From assembly GCA_044222475.1 (NCBI GenBank), contig JBGANF010000064.1:1-41603 (forward strand): DNA of 41,603 nucleotides, in the 5' to 3' direction. The DNA comes from Polyangiaceae bacterium. GTDB lineage: Bacteria; Myxococcota_A; Polyangia; Polyangiales; Polyangiaceae. Below the pieces are notes generated by a model. The model saw only the letters and a program-made list of their open reading frames with translations, was not told the DNA's origin and did no database searches. The stretch's first letter is position 1, and every line of letters begins with the position of its first letter. This document shows, piece after piece, positions 9,632 through 18,920 of the stretch. The translations under genes and the position numbers were made by a program.

Positions 9632-10060
9632 TCAGTGGTGGGTGAGCCCACGCACGACGAGTTGAACGATGGCGAGAACGAAACCGATCCCGAACAGGAC
9701 GAGAAACACCCGTAGGAAGCGTCGCGCCTGGTCATCGCCGAAGAGCCTCGCGTTGCAGCCGGGACAGGTCTTCTGCGCCATGGTGCCGAACAGCGAGAAG
9801 TTCGCGCTCACCTGAAAGGCTACGAGGCGGTCGCACGACGGACAGCGGAGGTTCTTGAAGGTCGAGTAGAAGCCGATCGCCGGGATTGCGAGGATTCCGA
9901 GCATCGGTACGACGGCGGACCAGCGCGGCGGTGCTCCGCCAAAGGCGGAGCGAAGCGCGACGCCGCTGGCGGCGACGAAGAGGATCGCGATGACGATGCC
10001 GCCGAACGAGGTCAGCATGTGGCGACGAACGCGCGAGCGCATTTGATCGACGAGGTCCAT
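9632..10060 (-). CDS. Small membrane protein with CxxC...CxxC zinc ribbon
   Basis: Three hydrophobic segments flanking RCPSC and TCPGC. Confidence 0.65.
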   Translation of the reverse strand: MDLVDQMRSRVRRHMLTSFGGIVIAILFVAASGVALRSAFGGAPPRWSAVVPMLGILAIPAIGFYSTFKNLRCPSCDRLVAFQVSANFSLFGTMAQKTCPGCNARLFGDDQARRFLRVFLVLFGIGFVLAIVQLVVRGLTHH

Positions 10061-10103
10061 GCGAGAAAACTAGGTCTTCCCGTAGGCCCGCGCGATTGCT
10101 CTC

Positions 10104-10865
10104 TCAGGACATCGCGCGAGGCTCTTTGACCCTTCGCCACACGCGGAGCTTCCCCCAGCGCTGTGACAGGTGCCCGGACCAGTGCTTGAACGTGGCCCAG
10201 AGGTGCTCGGGGGCGGCGTTCGGGGCGGTCGCGGCTGGGATCAGATCGAGCCCGCCGGAGGTGAACGCGTGATCGACGAGCGCGGCGCACGGCATGGGCA
10301 CGTTCGCCTGGAGCGGGTTCTGCGCCGTGGCCGGGATCATCGCGTAGCGGACCCAGTCGGCGAGCCAGGCGTAGAGATCGTGGTGCCCGCGCGTCGACTG
10401 CGGATCGCGCGCGGCTGCCATCACGTCGTCGCGCCACGAAGAGGGAGCCGGCTCGATGCCCTCGGACGCGAGGTCGCCGATGGCACCGATGCACAGGTTC
10501 GGGAACACGGCATCGTCGGCGTAGTCCGCGAGGCAGAACTCGGTGATGCCGGCGCGTTCGGGATCGTGAATCTGTCCCCTCGTGGGATGAAGGGCGACCT
10601 CGACCCCGGTCACCTGGTCGAGAGCGTCGCTCTTCCAGTCGAGGACGACGGCGGCGTGCGACCAGTAGCTCGAGCGGAGATCGAAGCGAAGAAACGACTG
10701 CGCTCGTCGGATCGCGGAGTGGCGCGCGTCGTTTCCGCCGACCAGCAGCACCAGGGGCTGGCGCTGCGCATCGGGGAGCGACTTTCGCACCGTCGCGAAG
10801 AAGTCTCGCGTGGAGAGCGAATCCAAGGTCTCGATTTCATTTCGGGGCTGGCGGGAGAAGCGCAT
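10104..10865 (-). CDS. Hypothetical protein resembling permuted papain-like (YiiX/NlpC-P60) enzymes
   Basis: SYWSHAAVV (His) precedes PCAALVDHAFTSGGLDL (Cys), the permuted order; ATG 10865 has an AGGA RBS. Confidence 0.5.
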   Translation of the reverse strand: MRFSRQPRNEIETLDSLSTRDFFATVRKSLPDAQRQPLVLLVGGNDARHSAIRRAQSFLRFDLRSSYWSHAAVVLDWKSDALDQVTGVEVALHPTRGQIHDPERAGITEFCLADYADDAVFPNLCIGAIGDLASEGIEPAPSSWRDDVMAAARDPQSTRGHHDLYAWLADWVRYAMIPATAQNPLQANVPMPCAALVDHAFTSGGLDLIPAATAPNAAPEHLWATFKHWSGHLSQRWGKLRVWRRVKEPRAMS

Positions 10866-10873
10866 CGTGGTTC

Positions 10874-12274
10874 CTATCGCTTGCGAAGGGAGAAGGCGGG
10901 TGCGGCCCGACATGGCCCACCGGAGATTGACGGCGCGATGTCACCGGTTCGGTGATCGACGAACGCCAGGCTGACGTCGATGCGATCGGGCCCGGCGGGG
11001 CGGAAGTGGAGGAACGCGAGCGTGTTGGGCTCGGCGTGACCGAAGAGGAATGCGCGCATCTCGGGCGCGGCCATCACCGACGGATCCACCTCGACCGTGC
11101 CGGGATAATCGACGGGATCGGTGTCTTGAGTCGCGTAGGAGCCCGTCGCGGTCGAGAGCTTCGTGGGGATGTGGACCGCGGGCGACGTCACGACCTCGTA
11201 CACGTCTCGGCCGCCGACGCGGAGCGCGAGCGCTCGGCTGTGGTGCACGTCGCCGGAGAGGATCATCACGTCGTAGGGAGCAGCGGCGATCGCGCTCCAG
11301 AGCGCGGCGTACTCGGCTTCGAAGGCCGGTGGGTTCCAGTCGCGCCAGTCGCCCTTCTCGATCCATAGCGGCTGACCGGTCACGAGGACGCCGGGCCCCT
11401 TCAGATTTCGGAGCCAGTCGACCATGGCGTCGAGCTCGGCCTTCGAGAGCATCGAGCGGTCGACCGGGGCGTGAGGAGTGCGACCGGTGCGAAGGTCGAC
11501 GACGAAGAAGGAGAGCGGGGCGACGTCGAACTGGAACGAGCCGCCGACACCGGGTGGGTTGAGAGGCGTTTGGAAACGCGCGATCCCGGCGATGGCCGCA
11601 TCCGAGTAGCCCTTTCGTCGGCCTGCCGTCCACGTGCGCGACAGGTGCGGCTGGAACTCGGGGTAGTTGTTCCAGAGCTCGTGGTCGTCCCACGTGACGA
11701 CGGTGGGCTGACCGCCGATCGCGTCGGGGTAGGCGCCGTACACGAAGTACTTCGCGTAGCGGACTGCGGCCTCTTCGTAGGGATCGTCGAGCGAGCGCTG
11801 GTCGGGCGCGACGTCCATGTAGAGGTTGTCGCCGGCGAGGATCGCGAGGCCGGTCTTGCCGAACCAGCGATCGAGGCGGAGCGCCGTGCCGTACGACGCC
11901 GCGCCGCCGGCGAAATAGTCGTAGAAGCACGTCGCGGCGGCGACGGTGAATCCCTCGGGTGGGAGCGCGTCGGGGATGACCTCGACCTCGGTCGCGACCG
12001 CGACGAGGCCGCCCACGACGACCTCGATGCGAAGGTACCTATTTGGGACAGGCCCGACGTCGACGCAGAGTGGAAGGACCCGTTGCCGTCGAAGGGCGGG
12101 ATCGAACGCGGGGTCGGGGGGCGGCGCGGTGACCACGGTCGGCACGGGAGCCCCCATCGACGTCGCGCGGACGACGAGGTTCGCCGGCGCCGCCGCGCCG
12201 TCGTAGTGGCCGAGCAGCACGAGAGCGCGACCGCCGGTGCTCCGCACGTAGCCGACGAGGAGCTTTGGTTCCAT
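10874..12274 (-). CDS. PhoD-like (alkaline phosphatase D family) metallophosphatase
   Basis: AATC, LAGDNLYMD, TWDDHELWNN, VVDLRT, LSGDVH; no obvious Tat/Sec signal. Confidence 0.8.
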   Translation of the reverse strand: MEPKLLVGYVRSTGGRALVLLGHYDGAAAPANLVVRATSMGAPVPTVVTAPPPDPAFDPALRRQRVLPLCVDVGPVPNRYLRIEVVVGGLVAVATEVEVIPDALPPEGFTVAAATCFYDYFAGGAASYGTALRLDRWFGKTGLAILAGDNLYMDVAPDQRSLDDPYEEAAVRYAKYFVYGAYPDAIGGQPTVVTWDDHELWNNYPEFQPHLSRTWTAGRRKGYSDAAIAGIARFQTPLNPPGVGGSFQFDVAPLSFFVVDLRTGRTPHAPVDRSMLSKAELDAMVDWLRNLKGPGVLVTGQPLWIEKGDWRDWNPPAFEAEYAALWSAIAAAPYDVMILSGDVHHSRALALRVGGRDVYEVVTSPAVHIPTKLSTATGSYATQDTDPVDYPGTVEVDPSVMAAPEMRAFLFGHAEPNTLAFLHFRPAGPDRIDVSLAFVDHRTGDIAPSISGGPCRAAPAFSLRKR

Positions 12275-12322
12275 CCCCGACGCGGGAGCCTACCACGAGC
12301 GCAGTCGTGTACTCTCGCGCCC

Positions 12323-12706
12323 ATGATCGATCACACCGGACTCGCCGTCAGCGACGGCAAAGTGAGCGTCGAGTTCTACACCAAGGCCCTCGCGCCGCTC
12401 GGATACAAGGCGCTTCGAACCGTCCCGCCCGAGGTCACCGGCGGAAAGATCGTCGTCGGGTTCGGCGTACCGCCCAAGCCCGATTTCTGGATCACCGAGG
12501 GTGCGCCGAACACGCCGCGCATCCACATCGCGTTCCGCGCCGAGAGCCGCGCCATGGTCGACGCGTTCTACGCCGCCGCCATCGCCGCCGGCGGCAAGGA
12601 CAACGGCAAGCCCGGACCGCGACCGCACTACCACGAGCATTATTACGGCGCGTTCGTCCTCGATCCCGACGGGCACAACATCGAAGCCGTCATCCACACG
12701 CCGTGA
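12323..12706 (+). CDS. VOC/glyoxalase family protein
   Basis: MIDHTGLAVSD, HIAFRAESRAMVDAFY, GGKDNGKPGPRPHY, YYGAFVLDPDGHNIEAV. Confidence 0.92.
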   Translation: MIDHTGLAVSDGKVSVEFYTKALAPLGYKALRTVPPEVTGGKIVVGFGVPPKPDFWITEGAPNTPRIHIAFRAESRAMVDAFYAAAIAAGGKDNGKPGPRPHYHEHYYGAFVLDPDGHNIEAVIHTP

Positions 12707-13497
12707 AGCGAACGTTCCCTCTCCTCCTCTTGTTGGTCGCGGCGGCGTGCAAAAAGCCGGCGCCCACCCCGGACGCGGCGACGACAGCGTCCACGACCGC
12801 GACTGCTGCGCCAGACGCCGGCGCAGCGGACGCGGGCGATCTCGCGGACGACGACGTCGAGTTCGGCGACCCGCCGGACGCTGGCTGTCCCATTCCGGTA
12901 CACCCCGGGTATTGCCGGAACCGGTGCAAGGGCTTCGCGGCGAGAAAGATGTCTCACCACGCTGCGCGCATGTCCGACCCGACGCGTTACGCCGTGGGTA
13001 CGTGCGGGACGTACGACGTCTTCGCCGAGCGCGACGCCCGTGATGCCGGCATCACCGAGTACTACGAGCTGAGCGTCCTCGTCGCCGCGCGCGACGACCG
13101 GCAACGCGGCTGCACCGACTTCGGCACCGTCCCCAAGTGCGAGTTGAAGCTCGACTGGAAGCCCGAGGCCTCGGTGAAGTTCGGCCAGCCCACGGTGACC
13201 AAGGGCAACCTTCCGCCCGAGGTCATCTCGCGGATCACGCGGCAGCGAATCTACGCGCTCAAAGCGTGCTACCAGACGGCGCTCGATCGAGACGCCACGA
13301 TCCACGGGACGTTCGTGCTCGCGATGACCATCTCGGCGACCGGGGAGCCCACGGTCTCGAAGGCCAAGGAGTCGACCGTCGCCGACGCGGCCCTCGGCAC
13401 CTGCATCCTCGACACCATGAAGGCGACGTCGTTCCCCACCCCCGACCCGCCCGGACCGGTGACCGTGACGATGACGCTGACGCTCGGGCCGGTGTGA
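12703..13497 (+). CDS. Putative lipoprotein with C-terminal AgmX/PglI (TonB-C-like) domain
   Basis: Lipobox LVAAAC; LPPEVISRI..LKACYQTALDRD..GTCI..FPTP; GTG overlaps the VOC stop. Confidence 0.72.
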   Translation: MKRTFPLLLLLVAAACKKPAPTPDAATTASTTATAAPDAGAADAGDLADDDVEFGDPPDAGCPIPVHPGYCRNRCKGFAARKMSHHAARMSDPTRYAVGTCGTYDVFAERDARDAGITEYYELSVLVAARDDRQRGCTDFGTVPKCELKLDWKPEASVKFGQPTVTKGNLPPEVISRITRQRIYALKACYQTALDRDATIHGTFVLAMTISATGEPTVSKAKESTVADAALGTCILDTMKATSFPTPDPPGPVTVTMTLTLGPV

Positions 13498-13547
13498 GTC
13501 GCGGCAAATAGTTGGCCCGATGCGCCTCGGGGCGTGACGATCGCGCC

Positions 13548-13889
13548 ATGTTCGAGCGCCGCAATCAACGCACCACCGACCCCGTCGAAGCCCTCACCCT
13601 CCTCCTCGACTCCCATCGCGATCGGCTGGGCGCGCGGACCCTCGCGCTCTCGACGCCCGAAGGCGTGATCCTCGCCGGATCCGGCGAGGCGCCGGAGCGC
13701 GCCGCCGAGATTGGCAGCGCGCTCGACGACGAGGACGCCGGCGTCCGGATGGAGACGATGCAAGGCGAGGTCGCGACGTGGCGACTCAAGGCCGGCGACG
13801 TCGAGCTCTTGTTGACCTCGATCGGCGGACGGCTCTCTTACGACGTCGGCAACGGCGTGAGGCGCATCGTCGCCGAGCTCGCGGCGTGA
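13548..13889 (+). CDS. Hypothetical protein, possibly Roadblock/LC7-like
   Basis: ALTLLLD..GARTLALSTPEGVILAGSG resembles the roadblock alpha-beta-beta start. Confidence 0.5.
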   Translation: MFERRNQRTTDPVEALTLLLDSHRDRLGARTLALSTPEGVILAGSGEAPERAAEIGSALDDEDAGVRMETMQGEVATWRLKAGDVELLLTSIGGRLSYDVGNGVRRIVAELAA

Positions 13890-14131
13890 GCGGGAGCAAG
13901 GACACCGCCAAGCACTACGAGGTCGCCGAGTTCGACCTCAGCGTGGCGAAGCACGGCAACGAGTACGTCGCGACCGTGAGCTGCGGCACGCACGAGTGGA
14001 TCGGACGGGGTGAGACCGCCGGCGACGCGATCGAGCGCATCAAGGCGATCGACCCGCCCAAGACGGAGTGCCCGCTCTGCACGAAGATCCGCCGGAGCAA
14101 GGGCGTCACCGCGGCGATCGCGCGCGGGTAG
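13886..14131 (+). CDS. Small hypothetical protein (81 aa) with Cys motif
   Basis: GTG overlaps the upstream stop; YVATVSC..GRGETAGDAIERI..CPLC. Confidence 0.55.
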   Translation: MSGSKDTAKHYEVAEFDLSVAKHGNEYVATVSCGTHEWIGRGETAGDAIERIKAIDPPKTECPLCTKIRRSKGVTAAIARG

Positions 14132-14138
14132 CGCTCGG

Positions 14139-15836
14139 TCACGTCGGCGCGGCGACCTTCAGGCGCGGCAGTCGCTCCGGTGGGAGGTGCGCGCGGAGAT
14201 CCATCACGAGATCGTCTCGGAGCGATCGCCGTGATGGATCGCTCCAGAGGTTTCGCCACTGGTGCGGATCGTCGCGCAGATCGTAGAGCTCGCCCTCGGT
14301 GCCGTCGTAGCGGGGGATCTGCGAGCCGTGTCCCCAGATGGCCCAGTAGAACGGAAAGCGACCGCCGCGATCGTGGGTGCTCGGCTCGTAGACGGTGCAG
14401 AGCATGCCGTCGCGGTAGATCGTGCGCAGGTGCATCCCGACCGCGGAGAACTGCGAGTCGAACGTGGTGATCACGCGCTCGCGACCGGAGCCGGGTGCGA
14501 TCGGCAGCGCGCTCCCTTGCATCGCGCTCGGTGCGTGGAGCCCCGCGATCGCGCAGAAGGTGGGCGCGAGATCGACGAGCCCGACCGGTTCGTCGATCGT
14601 GCTGGGTGCGATCGACGCCGAAGGCGCCGGACGCCAGATCAGCGGAACGCGAAGCAGGCTCTCCACGTGATACGGACCTTTGAAGAGGAGCCCGAAGTCG
14701 CCCTGGAGCTCTCCGTGATCCGACGTGAAGAACACGTCGGTGTGCTCGTCGATCCCGCGCTCGCGGAGCCACGCCATCACGCGACCGACGGCTTCGTCGA
14801 CGAGCTCGTTCTCGACTTGGATCATGAAGTCGACTTCGCGGAGTTGATCGTCGATCAGCTCGCCGGGGCGGAAGCTCGTCGGACCGCCCTCCGGATTCCG
14901 ATACCGCCCCTCGTACCAGTCCAACCAGTGCCGCGGCTTCTGCGCGAGGATCTCGACGATGCGCTCGCGGGACCCCGGGTGTCCGGGCGGGAGCGGTCGA
15001 TCGCGAAAGCTGCCGCGCTTGCGCACCTCGTCGAGCGGCGGATCGAACGGGTGGTGCGGATCGGGGAAGCTCATCCAACAGAAGAACGGCTCGCCTTCGT
15101 CCAGGGACTTCAGCCACGCGAGCGTGCGGTCCGCGACCCAGTCGGTGTGGTAGTGCTCTCGCGGGACCGGGTTGTGCTTCACCTCGGGCGCGTTCGTCTC
15201 GCCACCGCCCGCGCCGGTGAGCACGCTGCCGAAGCCGGCGACGTCCTCCGGGTGCTCGTCCCAAATCCACGCGGCATAGTGATGACCGCCGAGCGGTCCG
15301 TGGGTCGAGAGCTCGACGTGCTCGAACCCGCGCCACGGTCCCGTGCTGCGCGCGGCCGCGAGCTTGTTCTCGCCGAAGCGGAGGAGCGGATCGAGGTGAG
15401 GATCGAAGTGCGCCTTTCCGAGGAGCGCGGTTCGGTATCCGGACGATCGCAGGAGCTCGGCGACGTTGGGCGAGTCTGGTGGGAGCGAGATGCCGTTGGC
15501 GACGACGCCGTGGGTGAGCGGATGCTGGCCCGTGATCATCGTCGAGCGAGAGGGCATGCACACGACGTTCTGCACGTGCGCGCGACGGAAGTTCACGCCC
15601 TCGCGAGCGAGCGCGTCGATCGACGGCGTGCGCGTCAGCGGGTGACCGTTCACGCCGAGCGAGTCGAAGCGCTGTTGATCACTCGTGATGAAGAGGATGT
15701 TGCGCTTGCGCGGCTGGCCGTGGCGGTCGACGTGGGTTGGGGACGTCTGGTCATGCGATCGCGACAGCGCGCGCCGCGCGACGAACACCGCGCGAGAGAC
15801 ACCGAGCAGACCGCGAGCTGGCTTCTTGAAGTCCAT
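14139..15836 (-). CDS. Formylglycine-type sulfatase
   Basis: NILFITSDQQR, signature CMPSRS (CxPxR), GKAH, DPHHP, FTSDHGE, ELYDLRDDP. Confidence 0.92.
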   Translation of the reverse strand: MDFKKPARGLLGVSRAVFVARRALSRSHDQTSPTHVDRHGQPRKRNILFITSDQQRFDSLGVNGHPLTRTPSIDALAREGVNFRRAHVQNVVCMPSRSTMITGQHPLTHGVVANGISLPPDSPNVAELLRSSGYRTALLGKAHFDPHLDPLLRFGENKLAAARSTGPWRGFEHVELSTHGPLGGHHYAAWIWDEHPEDVAGFGSVLTGAGGGETNAPEVKHNPVPREHYHTDWVADRTLAWLKSLDEGEPFFCWMSFPDPHHPFDPPLDEVRKRGSFRDRPLPPGHPGSRERIVEILAQKPRHWLDWYEGRYRNPEGGPTSFRPGELIDDQLREVDFMIQVENELVDEAVGRVMAWLRERGIDEHTDVFFTSDHGELQGDFGLLFKGPYHVESLLRVPLIWRPAPSASIAPSTIDEPVGLVDLAPTFCAIAGLHAPSAMQGSALPIAPGSGRERVITTFDSQFSAVGMHLRTIYRDGMLCTVYEPSTHDRGGRFPFYWAIWGHGSQIPRYDGTEGELYDLRDDPHQWRNLWSDPSRRSLRDDLVMDLRAHLPPERLPRLKVAAPT

Positions 15837-15837
15837 C

Positions 15838-16947
15838 TCAGTGCGCCGCGAGGTACGCCTTCACGGTGTTGCCCCATGCGGTAGGAACGAGGTTCGACGA
15901 GCTCTGGTTGACGACGAGGAGATCCGGAGCGCAGTCGCTGTAGGGCTCGAAGTCCCATGCCAGGTTGGGGATCTGCTTCGCTTCGAGGTCCGCGTAGAAC
16001 GCCGTCGAGCTCGCGAGCGTTCCGTACTCGCCGATGATGACCGGGATGTTCGAGTAGGTGTACGACGCCGGCGTCGGCGGATAGCCGTGGACCTCGTAGA
16101 CGACGTCGTCGTACGCGAGCGGCTTCGCGGCGTACGCGCTGATGTCGCTGGTCCAGTTGTTTCCTTGGACGGAGACGATGTGGTGCGGCACGCCGAGCTT
16201 GTCTTCCTCGGCGCGGATCACCGACACGGCGTGATCCATCGCAGCGACGATGACGGAGGTCTGCACCAGGTTGCCCCCGGGCTCGTTGCTCAGGCCGAAG
16301 AGCACCTGCCGCGAATTCGCGAAGCTGTCGACGAGCGCCACGTACGTCGCGTCGGTCGCGTTCGACGGAACGCCGGTGGCCTCGGGATCGCCGTGGACCG
16401 TGTCCTCCATGACCATCGACACGTCGCTACGAAGAGCGACGAGCACGTAGACGCCGGGCGTCGCGGTCATCGCGTCGATCACGGCGGTCATCGGCGTCTT
16501 GTACTGCGCGGGGTTGCTCGTCCAGCTCGGCTTCGTCGGGTAGCTGTCCATCGAGAGCGAGATGCGCACGAAGGTGGGCTTCCACGTCGTGACGAGGTTC
16601 GTGGCCAGCGTCGTCAGCGCGGTCGCGCCGCCGTTGGGCATCCACAGCGTGTTGTTGTACCCGCAGAGGAACATGTCATCCATGTTGACGCCGCGCCCGA
16701 CCCACACCGTGCCGCCGCCGTTTCCGTCGGCGACGTAGACCTTGTTGCCCTGCGTGTAGAGCCATCCCTTCGCGAGCGCGCCGCCGTCGCCGGTGGTCGG
16801 CGCGTCGGTCTTGCCGGCGTCGATCGGAGCGGCGTCGGGCAACGACGAGTCGGCGGTGATGCCGCCGTCGTTCGGGGTGGTCGTCGGGTCGTCGCTGCAA
16901 GCGACGAGCGTCAACGCGATCGCAACCGAGACAGCATGGTGACGCAT
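15838..16947 (-). CDS. Glycoside hydrolase family 5 lipoprotein
   Basis: Lipobox LVAC; RGVN, acid/base LSNEP, YEVHGY, nucleophile IIGEYG, LAWDF. Confidence 0.85.
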   Translation of the reverse strand: MRHHAVSVAIALTLVACSDDPTTTPNDGGITADSSLPDAAPIDAGKTDAPTTGDGGALAKGWLYTQGNKVYVADGNGGGTVWVGRGVNMDDMFLCGYNNTLWMPNGGATALTTLATNLVTTWKPTFVRISLSMDSYPTKPSWTSNPAQYKTPMTAVIDAMTATPGVYVLVALRSDVSMVMEDTVHGDPEATGVPSNATDATYVALVDSFANSRQVLFGLSNEPGGNLVQTSVIVAAMDHAVSVIRAEEDKLGVPHHIVSVQGNNWTSDISAYAAKPLAYDDVVYEVHGYPPTPASYTYSNIPVIIGEYGTLASSTAFYADLEAKQIPNLAWDFEPYSDCAPDLLVVNQSSSNLVPTAWGNTVKAYLAAH

Positions 16948-16982
16948 GCGCCGAGGATAGCCGATGTGCGCTCGTCGGATCG

Positions 16983-17996
16983 CTACTGGCAAATCTCGAG
17001 GAGCGCGCGGGCGTACGACGAGGGATCGCCACCTACTTCGTCGAGAAGGTTTCGGATCCGCGCACCATCGACCGCACGGGCGCCCATGACGAGCCCGCAG
17101 CCTCGTAGCGCCCTCCCGAGCCACAGCGGCTCCCAGTCGAACTGCGACGCGCGGGCCCGCAGCTCGGCGACGGCCGACTCGGGGATCGAGAACACCAGCT
17201 CGTACTCGCCGTGGTGCGCTGCGAGGAACGGCAGCGCGCCGATCCCCATGCGTCGACGCAGCGCTTCTGCGCCCGGCGTGAGCAACGACTCGAGGGGGGC
17301 CTCGACCCGCACCTCGACCCCGTTGAGTCGCGCGAGTTGATCCAGAGTCGCCACCAACCCGTCGCTCGTGTCCATGCACGCGCTGGCGAGACCCCGAAGG
17401 GCGCGCCCATGGACGATGCGCGGCCGCGGGTCGAAGCTCGCCTCTGGGAATTCCAGCTCTGGCGCCAGGAAGCGGCACGCCGCGAGCGCTGCACCGTCGC
17501 CCAAAGGCCCCGACGCGAAGAGAAGATCTCCCTCGCGCATTCCGACTCTGCGGAGGGCACCGCTCGTCGGGACGACGCCCGCGCCGACGCACGAGATGCG
17601 AAGCGAGTCCGCGGTGCTCGTGTCCCCTCCGAGGACGAAGGTGCCGGCGCGTGCGCACGAGGTCGCCACTCCTCGCGCTACCCGACGTTGCACGTCCTCG
17701 GCATCCCGCTGGGGAAGCCCGACCGACAAGAGGATCCCGAGCGGGTCTGCGCCGACCGCAGCCAGATCCGAGAGCGTCGCGATGGCGGCGATTCGACCTG
17801 CAGTCTCGGGGTCGCGGTAGAGACCGAGGCCCACCTCCTCGTCGATCGTGTCGACCGTGAGCGACAGCAGACGGTAGTCGCCGAGACTGACGAGCTCGCA
17901 GTCCGCTTCGTGGATGGCCGTGCACGAGCGCGGTGCTCGTGGAAGCAGCTCGGCCCAGCGCGACAGGAGCCGATTTTCGTGGACCGCGCCCATCAT
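16983..17996 (-). CDS. Divergent ThiL/PurM-superfamily kinase
   Basis: TLSDLAAVGADP, LGGDT, CMDTSDGL, GEYELVF; lacks the usual GDDAA and VEGxHF motifs; ATGA overlap with the upstream gene. Confidence 0.75.
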   Translation of the reverse strand: MMGAVHENRLLSRWAELLPRAPRSCTAIHEADCELVSLGDYRLLSLTVDTIDEEVGLGLYRDPETAGRIAAIATLSDLAAVGADPLGILLSVGLPQRDAEDVQRRVARGVATSCARAGTFVLGGDTSTADSLRISCVGAGVVPTSGALRRVGMREGDLLFASGPLGDGAALAACRFLAPELEFPEASFDPRPRIVHGRALRGLASACMDTSDGLVATLDQLARLNGVEVRVEAPLESLLTPGAEALRRRMGIGALPFLAAHHGEYELVFSIPESAVAELRARASQFDWEPLWLGRALRGCGLVMGARAVDGARIRNLLDEVGGDPSSYARALLEICQ

Positions 17997-18919
17997 GCGC
18001 ACACCGCCAATCGTTCGCCGAGGAGATCGAAGCGGACTCGCCGAGCGCGGAAGAGCTCACCATCGAGCTCGAGATCGGTGGGCTTGGCGAGAACCACCGA
18101 GGCCTCGGGCGAGAGCCACGTCCGCGTCCGCGGCAACCCGCGAAACTTGCCGAAGGCGAGCGCGAAGAGCGTGCGAAACAGTCGCAGCGGGCTCATGCGA
18201 TGGCACAAGGCGACGGCGAGCGTGCCCGACGCAGGCTCGATCGGCGTGTCGTAGCAGAACGTCCCAGAAAGGTACGGCGTCTTCATGACGCTCAGGTTGG
18301 AGAGCGCAACCAGCTCGCAGTCGTTGCCGACGGCGAGCGTGGCCTCGATGTCGCGATGCGCGGCCAGCGTTCGCGCGGCCGCCCAGACGATCGCAGCGCC
18401 GACGGCGTGCGCACCCAGCGTTCGGGCGAGCGGTGTCCCATCGCCGAAGCGGCGATTCGCTGCCGCGGTCGCGCCCAGCGATGCGCTCACGAGAAAGCAG
18501 CGGTGCCGCTCGACTCCGGCGTCGTCCACGAAGGTCGCCCGCGCGACGTCTCGCGGCGCTCGGTCGACGAACCCCAGCCGGAGCGGGACGCCGCGCACGA
18601 TGCGACGCATGGGTTTGTGAAAGTCGTTCGACGAGCCCAGGCCGATGGCGCCGAGACAGATCTCGTGAAGGGGTACGCGAGATTCGTTTTCGACGAGCGC
18701 GTTCGCCACCGCGTGAACCGTGCCGTCGCCACCGGCGGCGACGAAGAATCGACTGCCGCGGCGGAGCGAGTCCTCGATCGTCGATCTCCACGCAGCACCG
18801 CGGTCGAGGTCGACGACGGCCGGAGCGAGCTCGGCGTCGACGACGTCACGCACCCGCTCGTAGCGGCGCGCCGCTTCGCCACGACGCGACGCTGAGTTGA
18901 TCAGCATCAGCGGGCGCAC
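17993..18919 (-). CDS. Diacylglycerol/sphingosine kinase family protein
   Basis: INSAS, AAGGDGTV, GLGSSNDF, LELDGE; GTG 1 nt after the UbiA stop. Confidence 0.88.
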   Translation of the reverse strand: MRPLMLINSASRRGEAARRYERVRDVVDAELAPAVVDLDRGAAWRSTIEDSLRRGSRFFVAAGGDGTVHAVANALVENESRVPLHEICLGAIGLGSSNDFHKPMRRIVRGVPLRLGFVDRAPRDVARATFVDDAGVERHRCFLVSASLGATAAANRRFGDGTPLARTLGAHAVGAAIVWAAARTLAAHRDIEATLAVGNDCELVALSNLSVMKTPYLSGTFCYDTPIEPASGTLAVALCHRMSPLRLFRTLFALAFGKFRGLPRTRTWLSPEASVVLAKPTDLELDGELFRARRVRFDLLGERLAVCA

Positions 18920-18920
18920 G

